Shown here: positions 11,811 to 26,800 of the stretch, in pieces
Position numbering within the stretch: the stretch's first letter is position 1
Layout of the letters: every line of letters starts with the position of its first letter
Origin: Veleropilina oligotropha
Taxonomy: Eukaryota
Assembly: GCA_048128005.1 (NCBI GenBank)
Contig: JBEUKZ010000006.1
Span: 248,001-312,000, forward strand
Direction of reading: 5' to 3'
Length of the DNA stretch: 64,000 bases
Translations under genes and position numbers: made by a program
Notes under the pieces: generated by a model
Seen by the model: only the letters and a program-made list of their open reading frames with translations
Databases searched by the model: none
What the model was told of the DNA's origin: nothing

Positions 11811-14800
11811 GTAAGGGTTAATATGTGCGCAAGATAATAAGCGCCATAAAACTAATCGTGTTAACTGATGATGTATCAAATTTAACATAATATGAGAAAA
11901 ACAGACCTGAAATTATTAATGCACAGCTATGAAGGGGGCATAAATATATTCCCCTAGTTATTTATAGATAATCATACCCAGATATTTGGAAATGCCACCC
12001 CCCCTTCCCTGACCTGCTTCTGAATGTGCGTTTGATGTTCAATGCTTGGTTCTGTCTGCTCTCTTATTCCCTGGCCTACATCTGAATGTGCATTTGATGT
12101 TCAATGCTTGGTTCTGTCTGCTCTCTTATTCCCTGGCCTACATCTGAATGTGCATTTGATGTTCAATGCTTGGTTCTGTCTGCTCTCTTATTCCCTGGCC
12201 TACATCTGAATGTGCATTTGATGTTCAATGCTTGGTTCTGGCTGCTCTCTTATTCCCTGGCCTACATCTGAATGTGCATTTGATGTTCAATGCTTGGTTC
12301 TGTCTGCTCTCTTATTCCCTGACCTGCTTCTGAATGTGCATTTGATGTTCAATGCTTGGTTCTGTCTGCTCTCTTATTCCCTGACCTGCTTCTGAATGTG
12401 CATTTGATGTTCAATGCTTGGTTCTGTCTGCTCTCTTATTCCCTGACCTGCTTCTGAATGTGCATTTGATGTTCAATGCTTGGTTCTGTCTGCTCTCTTA
12501 TTCCCTGACCTGCTTCTGAATGTGCATTTGATGTTCAATGCTTGGTTCTGTCTGCTCTCGTATTCCCTGACCTGCTTCTGAATGTGCATTTGATGTTCAA
12601 TGCTTGGTTCTGTCTGCTCTCTTATTCCCTGGCCTACATCTGAATGTGCATTTGATGTTCAATGCTTGGTTCTGTCTGCTCTCTTATTCCCTGACCTGCT
12701 TCTGAATGTGCATTTGATGTTCAATGCTTGGTTCTGTCTGCTCTCTTATTCCCTGACCTGCTTCTGAATGTGCATTTGATGTTCAATGCTTGGTTCTGTC
12801 TGCTCTCTTATTCCCTGACCTGCTTCTGAATGTGCATTTGATGTTCAATGCTTGGTTCTGTCTGCTCTCTTATTCCCTGACCTGCTTCTGAATGTGCATT
12901 TGATGTTCAATGCTTGGTTCTGTCTGCTCTCTTATTCCCTGACCTGCTTCTGAATGTGCATTTGATGTTCAATGCTTGGTTCTGTCTGCTCTCTTATTCC
13001 CTGACCTGCTTCTGAATGTGCATTTGATGTTCAATGCTTGGTTCTGTCTGCTCTCTTATTCCCTGACCTGCTTCTGAATGTGCATTTGATGTTCAATGCT
13101 TGGTTCTGTCTGCTCTCTTATTCCCTGGCCTACATCTGAATGTGCATTTGATGTTCAATGCTTGGTTCTGTCTGCTCTCTTATTCCCTGACCTGCTTCTG
13201 AATGTGCATTTGATGTTCAATGCTTGGTTCTGTCTGCTCTCTTATTCGGTTGGTTGGCAACTTTATTTTACGATCACTTTTGCTAATTTTTCAGCTTGAA
13301 CGCAGTCGGGACACGCGGTTTAAGGTTTCAATCCGATGTGACAGACATACATCAGGGATCATATGCCTTCTACTTCTTATCTCTATAGGTTCAGTATTAA
13401 TTTCATGGACAACAAGAAGGACGATGGTGACAACGCGTTCCACTTCAACCCACGGATGGAGGATGAGGTCGTGGTCCGGAACTCTTATGAAGATGGCTGG
13501 CAGGAAGAGGAGAGAGATCAGCCAAACTTCCCATTTGGAGTCGGAACAGACTTCCAGATCCGTATCTTAGTCACGGATGATGAGTACAAGGTGGGTTCCT
13601 TACTCTGGACGGCCTCGCCAGTATCCGAGTGGATAACAGTGCTGACTCTGAATTCACTCGCTTGGCAGCACTCTCTAAAATGAATGGGTTCGAATCCTCC
13701 GCGAGGTGCTGTTTGTTCAGTTATAGTTACAGTTGACCGTAACTAGCAAGCGAACAGGGTTTATTGGGCGATCGTTCGTTGACAGTAACTAGCAAGCGAA
13801 CAGGGTTTATTGGGCGATCGTTCGTTGACAGTAACTAGCAAGTGAACAGGGATTTATGGGCGATCGTTCGTGCCTCCTGCGATAATATGGACATGTTCTG
13901 GCGTGAACAATGATGGTTGGTGAAAACGATACATTAATCATCTATCTAGTAAACATCAATTCAAACTAGAAAACCATATAACACTGATTGTTATTCATCT
14001 ATTATGTGGATGACCTTGGTTGTGATGATGGAGTTATAATCTATAATTCACAATGTATAGTCTTGGATGCATGCAAACATTGCAGGATGACCAAAGGTTT
14101 TTGTGTCAGGGTTTGTTCACTTGCACTATGAGCGTGTGCATTATATCCCCCTCACTGGCTTTGTGATCATAGTTAATCAATATCAGTCTGAATTTACCAT
14201 CTTACCTAATTATTAGTGACCGAGCAAAATCTTGCTAACACCACACATGGTAAGTTTTTCGTTGGTTTACAGCGATGTCGTCCAATAAAACATGTAATTA
14301 AACTGCTGATGTGCCTCCTCTCTCTCCAGGTCTATGTGAATGGCGAACACTACATCGACTACAGCCATCGTCTCTCCTACAAGGAGGTGGACTATCTCAA
14401 GCTGTCCGAGGGGGTCACCTACTATGACGTCACCTTCCAAGATCGACTGGTAAGTAAAACGTCATCATCTTGGAAACTTCGTAGATTAATGAGTTGATTA
14501 TACCAGGATGATACTCTCTATCATACAATAACGTAGCATTCAGGTAAGGTAAAGACCATCGTATAAATATTATGTTATTAATGACTGATTATATTTTGTG
14601 CTTTGTCAGGTTGCACCATACAAGGGTCACATCCCATATCATTTTGGCGCTGGAAAGGCTGTCAGAGTAACAGGAAATGTCAATCCTGGAGCAGACCGGT
14701 GAGTATCAGATGCTGTTTACTTGACTCGGTGTTGAGAGGGGGGCAGTTGTTGCTATTGTGTACATTGCTTGACTATGAATCATGATTTTGGAAAACTGCA

Positions 14801-17800
14801 CCAATTTAATTCAATTTTACAGTCGGATTTTCCATAATATTCATACAATTTAATAATTTTAATTGATGTACAGTTGGATCGACGTCATGTTATCATATGC
14901 ATTTAGTAGTAATTCAATATTAATTAAAGACAATGGCTAACCATTATTACCTCTGTCAGCATTGAAGAAGACAGATTGAAGACATGTTTTCACAATTGTT
15001 TGTTTGTCTACGTGCCTTATGACAATTTCATTGTCCCGAAAATCAAGAAACGGGAGGGAGGGAAGAAGGATGCTTAATGTCCTGTATCTTTACAACATCG
15101 AGGTTCAAGGCGGAACATGTCCGTGTTATCGCGGGAGGAAACTCCGGTCGCCCGGGTAAACCCGCCTTCTTCGGCCAGTCACGGACAACTGTGATTCATA
15201 ACTTGAACAAATTTCAATGCATCAGCCAGGTATTGAACCCACTACTGTTCGCATTAGCGGAATCAAGCCAGTGAATTTAGAGTGGACACTCTACCCACTG
15301 CACTGCCGAAGAGGCCTAAATCAAGAAACAAAAGTGTTTTATTTATATTTGTGTTTGAATATATTGTTATTATGCCCCCAGCTCGACTCGAGTCCACCAG
15401 GGGGCATTATGCTTTTGGTCCGTCCGTCCGTAACAGATTGAACTGACCTATCTTTTTCGATTTTAATCATGAGCGATCTTCTTCAAACTTATTATGCTAT
15501 TAGATATAAGTATGAACTATCACGAGTTCGAATATTGAATGAAATTATTTATTTTTTACCACATTTTTTTCGTTTTTGAACATAGTCCCTGGAGCTTCAT
15601 TGCTGATCTCATGCTATAAGAAACTCACCTACCTTTTTCGATGTTAATCAATAACCATCTTCTTCAAACTTCATAAGCTATCATAATATAAGTATGAACT
15701 ATCATGCATTCGAATGTTGAATGAAAATATTTATTTTTTACTACATCTTTTGCGTTTTTAACCCCAGCTTAAAAAAAAGCTGGGGTTATTGTCATCGCCC
15801 GAGGCGGGCGGGCGGTCGGGCGGGCGGACGGGCGGCTCATGTTGTCCGGCCTATATCTCGGCTACCAAACATGTTACCTTGATTTCATATGGTATGCTAA
15901 CTACCCTTATCATACGCTAGTGCATGGCGGCGAAATTTCACGTGAATGACCTTTGACCTTGCGGCAATGACCTTTGACCCTTAAATTTTGTCCGGGCCGG
16001 TTCTCGGAGACCAAACATGTTAGCCTTCTAATTTTTTTTTAGATGTGTTCCCTATACTTAAAACCTGTGCATGGCAGTAAAATTTTGATCATTTGACCTT
16101 TGACCTCTGCGTAGTGACCTTCACAAATTTTCTATATTTAGATTTTTTTAATTTTTCGTAATTGTTTTATTTTTCGGGGCCAAACTATTCCTTTAGGGTT
16201 AGTACATCATATAACAAATACGAAAAATGGCCTTTCGTCAAAGGTCAAGGTCACAGAGGTCAAAATATACTCACAATTTTCAATGTTGTCCGGCCTATTT
16301 CTCGCCTACCAAACATGTTACCTTGATTTCATGTGGTATGCTAACTACCCTTGTCATACGCTAGTGCATGGCGGCGAAATTTCACGTGAATGACCTTTGA
16401 CCTTGCGGCAATGACCTTTGACCCTTAAATTTTGTCCGGGACGGTTCTCGGAGACCAAACATGTTAGCCTTCTAATTTTTTTTTAGATGTGTTCCCTATA
16501 CTTAAAACCTGTGCATGGCAGTAAAATTTTGATCATTTGACCTTTGACCTCTGCGTAGTGACCTTCACAAATTTTCTATATTTAGATTTTTTAAATTTTT
16601 CATAATTGTTTATTTTTCGGGGCCAAACTATTCCTTTAGGGTTAGTACATCATATAACAAATACGAAAAATGGCCTTTGGTCAAAGGTCAAGGTCACAGA
16701 GGTCAAAATATACTCACAATTTTCAATGTTGTCCGGCCCATTTCTCGGCTACCAAACATGTTACCTTGATTTCATGTGGTATGCTAACTACCCTTGTCAT
16801 ACGCTAGTGCATGGTGGCGAAATTTCACGTGAATGACCTTTGACCTTGCGACAATGACCGTTGACCCTTAAATTTTGTCCGGGACGGTTCTCGGAGACCA
16901 AACATGTTAGCCTTCTCATTTTTTCTTATATGTGTTGCCTATACTTCAAACCTGTGCATGGGAGTAAAATTTGGATCATTTTACCTTTGACCTCTGCGTA
17001 GTGACATTCACAAATTTTCTATATTTAGATTTTTTTAATTTTTCGTAATTTTTTTATTTTTCGGCGCCAAACTATTCCTTTAGGGTTAGTACATCATATA
17101 ACAAATACCAAAAATGGCCTTTCGTCAAAGGTCAAGGTAACAGAGGTCAAAATATATTCGCAATTTGCAATGTCGTGGCTCAGTGGGTTGTTCACAGGAC
17201 TCTGGTCACAGAGTCTCGAGTTCGCCCCCAAGGCTCGACGATTTCACTTGGGCAAGGAAATAAGCATATATTTGCCTCGGTCCACCCAGCCGATCTGAAT
17301 GGGTACCTGGTTGGCAGTTATGTAAGTCACGGCGCTACCCGCGTGTAAATGACTGTAATGCTCCCAGAGGGAGTTGAGATGGCATATCGAGTGGAAAAGG
17401 CCCATAACCAGGGGTAATACTGTTCAGCGCATTGAGACACTAGCGTAATAATGCGCTATATAAGACCGGAGTATTATTATATGCCGTCGTGGCTCAGTGG
17501 GTTGTTCACAGGACTCTGGTCACAGAGTCTCGAGTTCGCCCCCAAAGCTCGGCGATTTCACTTGGGCAAGGAAATAAGCATATATTTGCCTCGGTCCACC
17601 CAGCCGATATAAATGGGTACCTGGTAGGCAGTTATGTAAGTCACGGCGCTAACAGCGTGTAAATGACTGTAATGCTCCCAGAGGGAGTTGAGATGGCATA
17701 TCGAATGGAATAGGCCCATAACCAGGGGTAATAATGTTCAGCGCATTGAGACACTAGCGTAATAATGCGCTATATAAGACCGGAGTATTATGTTGTCCGG

Positions 17801-20800
17801 TCTATATCTCGGCTACCAAACATGTTACCTTGATTTCATATGGTATGCTAACTACCCTATCATACGCTAGGCCATGGTGGCGAAATTTCATGTGAATGAC
17901 CTTTGACATTGCGGCAATGACCTTTGACCCTTAAATTTTGTCCGGGCCGGTAATGGCCTTTGGTCAAAGGTCAAGGTCACAGAGGTCTAAATATACTCAC
18001 AATTTTTTCTTTCTTTTAAATTATTTTTTCATCCGAACTTCTTCATGATGGACAGTTAGCACAGTGTTTAGCCAAGGGCTACTGGCAAGGTCAAGATCAC
18101 AGATTTTATATGGCAGTCTGATTGCTATATAAGGCTGGGGTTCCTGATAGCCAGGCGGCTGTCTATTTTTGAACATGTCTCTGGGGCTTCATTTCTGATC
18201 TCATGCTAAAAGAAACTCACCTATCTTTTTTTACGTTAATCAATTAAATGAAAATATTTATTTTTTGCTACATATTTTACGTTTTTGAACATGTCTCTAG
18301 GGCTTCATTTCTGATCTCGTACTAAACGAAACTCACCTATCATTTTCGATGTTGATCAATAGCCCTAACTTCATATGCTATTATATATGAGGATGAACTA
18401 TCATGAGTTTGAATATTGAATGAAAATGTGTATTTTTTATCACATCTTTCATGTTTTTTGACAGTCTCTGAAGCTTCATTTCTTATCTCATACTATAAGA
18501 AACTCACTTTTTTTATGTTAATCAAGAGCCATCTCATTCAAACTTGATAAGCTATTAGATATATGTATGAACTATCATGAGTTCGAATATTGAATGAAAA
18601 AATGTATTTTTACCACATTTTGTTATGTTTAGAACATAGTCTCTGGAATTTCATAATATCTGAATTCATGCTATAGAACCTCACCTACCTTTTTCGATGC
18701 TAGTCAATAGCCATCTTCTTCAAACTTCATAAGCTATTATATATAAGTACTAGCGGGTACTGTAAACAGGTTATGTTGATAAAATGCCCAATTTTCCCCC
18801 CAACTTTACCCCCCCCCCAACTTTACCCCCCCCCCACATTTTTTGCTCCCCTTTTCACCCCCCATTTTGTGCCCCCCTGACTTTACCCCCCCCCCCATGC
18901 ACCATTTACCCCCAACTTCCCCACACACTTTACCCCTCTTTATTTCTTGTCTCATCCATTTGTCCCCCCTCCTCCCCTACTTACCCCTCCATTTCTCCGC
19001 CCCCACTTAGTTCCCCCTCCACTTTACCTCCCCCCCCCCCCCCCCCCCAACTTACAGGTGATACCTCGGCGGGTTTTGTTCAAATTTTCTTGATGCGAAT
19101 TTACATTGAGGTGGAACTTCCCGTTATATACAATAGCTTCCATTGCAACCGTTCACGCTAAAATTATGTGGTGATTGAAACTATAATCTAATAATTGTAA
19201 TAATTTATGCTGCATTTTAACTAGCGAATCATGAAATGAGTAGGGGATAAATACGCACAATATCCCATTTGTAGTTTTCTTTCGTATGTAAATTTAGTAA
19301 CGAAGCGGAATCAGAATCTTGAATTAATTAACAAGGCTTCACAAGTTTTGGAATGCCTGTGCAAATGCTTTGTGCACTGTATACTTACTTACGCTCAACA
19401 GAATCCTTTTGTAATGTTTATGAACAGATATAGTGATGAAGCATCAATGGCTTGAACATGTACTGGGGGCATCTGTAGTGTCCATATAGACACATTTCTA
19501 GTTGTAAATGAAATGAGTATTTAAAGGAGTGCAAACAAATAAAATAATTACTGAAACATATTCTTTATTCTTGATAACAGAAAGTAAACGCAATATCATT
19601 GAATGTCTTCAAATTTTAATTTTATTTGTGGTGCTTATTCAACATGCATGTCAGAAAAATATTGTTTCAAATCTTAACCACAAATAGCGCTGCAAAATAT
19701 GTATGTGAGTAACTTCAATGCTTCATTATACCTCAAAGTCTGATTACCACTCTCCTTCATTTGTAGATTCTCCATTAACTTCGTGTGCAGCGATGATCAG
19801 GTTGGCTTCCACTTCAATCCGCGCATGGATGAGGAGTGTGTGGTGTGCAATGCCAAGTTTGATGGTGACTGGGGTGACGAGGAGCGCGACCATCCGGGCT
19901 TCCCCTTCAAGGAAAATGAATACTTCGACCTACTGTTCATCGGTACAGAGTCGGGCATTAATGTAGGTGTATGCATATGTTAAAAGTTTATAATCTGTGA
20001 TATTATTATTGAAATAGGGATATTACTTTTGAGACTTATGGGAGCGCCGTGATCTGGAGACTAGTGTCCTTTGTTTCTAGGATATTATTTATCTTTGCCT
20101 TGTTTCTGTTTTAATAATATTTGTTAAAATTATAAATAAATAAAATTGATTTCAAATTAATTTATAGAATTGATGGTGAGCATTGCTTATATTGCAAACT
20201 CTTTAATATTTTTTCAATCATACCGCCAGTTTAAAATGTTTATGTGATAAGAACAATGTAAGCAGTTGAATGAGCCTCTGTTGAGTTGGAGTTTCCGACG
20301 TGATAACGATTCTGCCTCTGCATTCAAAATTATACTATAAAATATCAGTGACAAAGTACGCTGGATCGGCAGAAATATGTTGATCACCTTCAGTAGCATA
20401 TTCTATGAATTCGTTTTAACATATTGAAAGTTATTATTACCCATTAAGGGTGTTACTTAGTTGAATTCTTAGTACATATAAAATTGTATATTCTTCAAGA
20501 ATATCCAATCAAGTTGCAACATCTGGTTGTTACTTAATGAAGCATTCTGGTTATCTATTTTTAGGTTTTAAATATGAAGTAATATATGGGTTCTTCATGA
20601 AATTTGTTCACATTTTAAGCTTGTCTACATGGGATACACTGCTGACCATATATTGATGCTCTGTTCAGGTGTACAGCAATGGGAACTGCTATACGCATTT
20701 CGCTCAGCGTTGTCCCCTCGATGACATGAAATATCTGAAAATTGCTGGTGATGTCACTATCGGTGAAGTCATTTACTTTGATCGTCTAGTACGTATGTAA

Positions 20801-23800
20801 TATATCGCAAGTTTAAATGCTTTTGGATTCATTAGAGAACAATTGACATCTGTATAGTGACGACAGGTGGCATCAAAATCTGACACAAATTTTGTATATA
20901 TATATACTAGGATATTATTGTCAACTTTTCCTCATAACCCATATGCATATCACAATCATATAATAAACATGATGGCTGTAATGCATTGCAATTCCTGCTA
21001 ATATTATTTATGAAACATTATGCAGATTTAATAAGACATGTAGGATGCTGGTTTGTAAGTTCATAGGAAACATGAAATTTCAATATGTTAAGAAATCCTT
21101 AAATGTTTTGGATCAATCATCTTGTCAGTGAAAAGGCAATCACAATCGAACATATAATTGTTTTCAGTCCCTTGATTAATTACCTATTTTTAACGCCTCT
21201 TTAATATATAGCATAAGGGAAGAATTTATGTACACTGGCTCTAGTTGCCTTTTCTGTTTTATAGGAGGACGATTACATGAAGCTCATTCCGTTTGGCCTG
21301 GAGAACAAAGACATCATCCTCATTAGAGGATTCTTTCAGCAAGGAGCAGACGTGTATGTACAGTCGATTCCACTTAATAACATACCTGTTTATAAGATAT
21401 TTCGTTTATTAACATAGATTTGTCAAACACCGAATCATTTACTATTATTCATGTGTTAAATATTCCTGTTAATAACATACCCTAAAATAGGTAATTTCGG
21501 CTATTAGCATATTTTATCCCCGGAAAGTTACTATAAAATACCGTATTTGGTCATATCTAGACGTAAAATGCATGGCTCCGACGAATAACAGCGATCAGCA
21601 TAACAGCGTCGTGCATGTATTTATTATGTCTTATATATAGGAAATAAATGTTGCTGCAAATGTACTATCCTATTAAATATTTATTTAGCACAAACCTGGT
21701 TATATTATTTTCAATTTACCCAAGCTATTTCTGAACACTGTGTTGCTTAACCATGCAATGTCACTCCAGCGACAATAGCGGAAACGCATGGTCGCACTTT
21801 GATTGTTTACCTGTTTACCGCCAATGAGAAACCAGATCAAGTCGGGATCCTTCATTGTTTGGTTTGCTGTAAACTCTGTTGCATACATTTCTCATCTTAC
21901 ATTGATGTGGGATTATTTCTGTGGTTTTATTGTTTAGTGAAGTAAGATTACATTTGTTTATTAAAAAAAACACATTTAATAAGTGAGGAGATGAATGTGT
22001 GACCGTAAGCGGATTAACGTCTTAGCATCATCAATACGACGTGTGAAAATTGACAACAGTTCAAAGCTAACTTGCAACAGACGTATCGTTCACTTTGTAA
22101 ACAGCCGACAATCCATAATGCGATTAATTAGATTTTTAAACGGAACCTATATATGTGCAGGGCTTGTAGCATTCGGACATTCCACAATCAATATGGCTAG
22201 TAAACGTAATGATCTTTCTCTCACTGGAGGTGAAATGTCATAAGGGAGAATTCACTTATTTGGCGTGGTTTTTATTTGAATTAATGCACATTTTCTATAA
22301 AATAACGAACTACAAGAGCAATATATATTGATGCTTGTACATATATTTATTTTCTCCAAACATTACACTGACAACAAGTATACATATGACTTTGTTACAA
22401 AACTATACATGTTGCATCAGAACTGTCAATCATTCGCGTCTTCCATCTTGTTTCGGATTACAAGTTGATGATAATCAAGGTAGGCCTACGTGTACATCAA
22501 GACCTAGTCATTTCTGAATGAATAAACATTAAAGTCTGCAACAGTTGCCTGAAATAAGACTACTTATTATTATAAGTATCAATTAACTTAATATTACAAA
22601 GACTTTAACACCTCAAGGCATATAATTTACGGGAAATAACAGCAATTGATTATCTCCCTTTCCCGATATTTTTTCTCACATTATGCCATTCGGATAATAA
22701 CATAGTTCGGTTAATAGCATAATTTTGTCTGACAACGTACCTATGTTATTAAGCGGAATCGACTATTAATTGTAATTTGACTTTAATTCGATTAACATCT
22801 TCCTGTATATGGCATATGGTCATCTGTCGAAGTCTGTCAGATGTGCTGAACATACCTTGCGTTTACCTGCTTTTGATTTGAATTGAATCGATTTTGGTTT
22901 ACGACTACATAATAACATTATTTCAGTTGTATCTGTAGTCGGGGTCCCCGGCTTAACGTCTAACCCGACAGACGAATACTGTATGCAATTCAGACGAGGT
23001 ATACCTTGTGACAAATTATCGGCACTCCCAGTGATTGAACTCAGATATCTAACATTGTGGTCCAGTATCATAAGCACTAAGCTACGGCCTCGTTGCCCCC
23101 TGTTTACCCACAGAAACTAAAATGCATTTTAATGCTCTAGCTTCACTGTGAACTTCAAGGAGGGCGATACAATGGACGCTGACACCTCGTTCCATATCAG
23201 TACGCGGCGGGACCAGGACGTGATCGTGCTGAACAACAAGCAGGACGGGGAGTGGCAGGAGGAGGAGAGGCACGAGCTGCCCAACCAGTTCAAGGACTGT
23301 CTGCCGTTCGAGATCAAAGTGTGTGTACAGAGAAAGAAATTTAAGGTGAGATGGACTGCGTAAAGTAGCCACTACGATCTACTGGAAAACATGGATATAT
23401 GGGGGGGTTGTGAAGAAAATAGAATTTTCATTGGGACGCCTGTTTGGCAGGGCTATAGTTGTGGAGGAGGAGGAGGAATTATGCTTAATGTCCTGTATAT
23501 TTATAACATCGAGGTTCAAGGCAGGACATGTCCGTGTTATCGCGGGAGGAAACCCCAGTCGCCGGGTAAACCCGCCCTCTTCGGCCAGTCACGGACAACT
23601 GTGCTTCATAACTTGAACAAATGTGTGCTGCCTCAGCCGGGGGTCGATCCCACTACTGTTCGCGTCAGCGGATACAAGCCAGTGAATTTAGAGTGGACAC
23701 TCTACCCACTGCGCTCCCGAAGCGGCCGCTTGTAGTTGTGGACTGGCATCCGTCGGCGTTGGCGTCCGTTGATCGCTTTCTGTCACATAGAAGACGAACC

Positions 23801-26800
23801 GCTTGACCGATGCTTTTCATATTTGGTATACACCTTGTACACCATCAGGCCTTGCCTAAGTTCAAAGATGGGGTCACTGGGTCAAAGGTCAACGTCATTT
23901 TCGTGTATTTCCGTTCTTGACTTGGAAGATTGCTTTCTGTCACATAGAAGACGAACCGCGGCACGTATGGTATTAATATTTTGTATACACCTTGTATACC
24001 ATCAGGCCTTGCCTAAGTTCAAAGATGGGGTCACTGGGTCAAAGGTAAAGGTCATTTTCATGTATATCTGTTCTTGACTTGGAACATTGCTTTCTGTCAC
24101 ATAGAAATCGCACCGCTGGACCTACGCTTTTCATATTTGGTATACTCCTTGTGTACCACCAGGCCTTGCCTAAGTTCAAAGATGGGGTCCCTGGGTCAAA
24201 GGTCAAGGTCATTTTCGTGTATATCCGTTATTGACTTGGAACATTGCTTTCTGTCACATAGAAGTCGAACCGCTCGACCTATGCTTTTCATATTTGGTAT
24301 ACACCTTGTGTACCATCACGCCTTGCCTAGGAGTCACTGAATGAAAGGTCAAGGTCATTTACGTGTGTTTTCGTTATGTTTTTGCAAGATTTCTTTCTGT
24401 CACATAGAAGCTAGACCTATACACCTTTCGTATTTGGTATGTACCATCAGGCCTTGCCCAAGTTCAAAGACGTGGTCATTGGGTCAAAGGTCAAGGTCAT
24501 ATGAACTATTGTAAAATATATACTTTATGACAGGTACTAAGAAATTTATTATAGAGTTTATGATTATTTAATCTCTATGGATGTATTTTATACAAAAGGC
24601 GGGCCCGTATGAGGATCATACCTCTAGTTGTCCACATGTACAATTTACTTTTCATCAGTTAAAGGATTATTTGATGATATCATGGATTATTGGTACATAT
24701 TATTTGCTAGTTTTCGAATGAACCATGGTTGTTTTCGGTGCTGCACAATGTTGTTTTTCCACAATTATGCACAGATTGGATGTTATTCATCGCCATGATA
24801 AAGGCACTACCAGGTGATGTAACAACCCATTCCTATAACTATGTAGCTCTTTGTTATAATCAATCAGTGTTTAGATCAATTCTTTAGCACAGTTCACTGC
24901 ACTGGTTGGACAGAGCAGTGATCTATAAGTGACGGTAGTCCATAATTGGATCCAAAGTGTCAAATTGGAAAAATCAAAATCAAATGCCATGCAGTATCTT
25001 TCTTAATCTTGTGGTTCGTTGATGTTTTCTTGTATAGATCTACATTAATGGCAAGTCCTATGCTAAGTTTGCTGCCAGGAAGTCGATTGAAGATGTCAAG
25101 GCCATCAACGTGGGAGGGGATGCCTACCTGTATCAAGTCAAGCTGGTCCGCAGAGTGGTACGTGTTATTAAATTAATGTAATGGGAATATTCAATATTAC
25201 AGTAGACAATCAGGGCGGCATACAGTTATTTGTTTTATCCGGACAATATAGTCAGGACTACTGTGAATTAGTCTCCATGTCACCACCACGTCAGCAGACA
25301 TTTCTTGTGTGCGCTCTGTAGTTGGATATTGATTTGGTCATTTTTGCATTCAAAATGGCTGTCATGGGTGGAGACCCCCACCATGTTGAGTTGCGGTCTC
25401 GAGAATTTTTCTAATGAATGTAATGGAAACATTCATTATGGCAGATAACTAGGCGTCATACAATTATCCAATACTTATAACTGTAATCTCGCTCTCTGTA
25501 TAATGTAACGGAAGATAATTAATTATAATATATTTTAACGGCATAAATAATGTTTGTTGCATATTTGACAGTAGATTTTTGTCCATTGTGATTGACGAAA
25601 GTCGCTCAAATGTTCAAATGTTCAACGGAAATTAATAACATGCGTTTGTCTTTTACAGGAAAAACCGTATGTTGAGAGGATACCTGGCACCCTAGAGGCG
25701 GGGCGCTGGATTGCCGTTTCAGGATTGGTCAAGAAAGAATGTGACCAGTACGAATGTTAATTAAGATACCTAAGTACTTTCAAAATGGAGAGAATTTGTC
25801 ATCGATTTCCTCTTGAATCTATGCTTCTGAAATGAGAACAGTGGTTAGCTCCCTTGAGCATCATTTGTATCCAATTATATGCTACTTGGCTATGTTGTTG
25901 AGGTAAAAAAAAGGAGATTTTGATTCAGAAATTTTCATAGCATACTCTCTCTGACTGTCAACACACACTTGTCTATCAATTTCAGCTTTTCACATTTTTT
26001 AATTTGTATAATTGAAATTTTTTTGACTGTCCAAAATATTTCTAGGTCCTGCACACTCAATATCATTGAATGTGATAATGCACGAGCATGACTGATAAAT
26101 CCATATTATCATTCCACAATTTAATCCCAAACGATAATCAAAAGATCAACAGGTTAGAATGTCAAAAGCGTGGTGTAGTGTATATGAAGCTAACATCCTT
26201 GTGTTGTTGTGACGCAAGCAATTGAGTTCGATGTGGCTGAAATTTTTCACAGATATATGCCATCTCCATAGCACACATTATCCGTCTATCAACTAGAGAC
26301 ATTAAACGGGGGCCTCGAGTACAGGAAACTAGTTGTAAAACCAAAATGATTCAAATAAAATCAACAGGTTAGAATTTCGGAGAAATGTGAATGGTGTCGT
26401 GTTAATTAGGATCAGAGTTCAAAATTCTTAAAACTAATAGATTGGATGTTGAGCAGTACTTGTAACATTGAAGTTTATTGCAATCTATTTATTGAGAATT
26501 TATTGTCATTTCAGCTTTATTGTCAACTTGCAATGCGGGCGGAGTGACGATGATGATATAGCATTTCACATGAGCGCTCGGTTGCCTGAAGACGTGATCG
26601 TGCGTAACTCGCGCGGCGGCGGAGACTGGGAAAACGAGGAACGGGACCAGGCGTGTTTCCCATTTGAACCCAAAGATCTGTTCGAAATCCTGGTGTCTGT
26701 CCAAAGTGACTACTTCAGGGTTAGTAGCTCATATTTGCAATTCACCTGACATTGAAAACTTGCAAAAATACTCTTCAATAATTAAAGATGTTATACATGT

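Larger units (their letters stand above)
15368..19502. mobile_element. HINE-like element hosting nested insertions
   Basis: TGCCCCCAG...GGGGGCA sub-terminal IR with (GTCC)n at the 5' end; GGGGGCATCTGTAGTGTC..GACACATTTCTAGT 3' end; internal degenerate tandem units. Confidence 0.6.

Noticed and set aside
12005..13247. CRISPR-like 62-bp periodicity
   Set aside because: The whole unit is repeated and only three positions vary, so there are no unique spacers.
15077..15274. Recurrent small ORFs (MSCIFTTSRFK..., MLNVLYIYNIE...) suggesting a peptide gene family
   Set aside because: They are chance translations of SINE-A copies with TSDs, and the frames are not conserved.
18784..19161. Proline-rich 125-aa ORF
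   Set aside because: Artefact of a poly-C low-complexity tract within intronic repeats.
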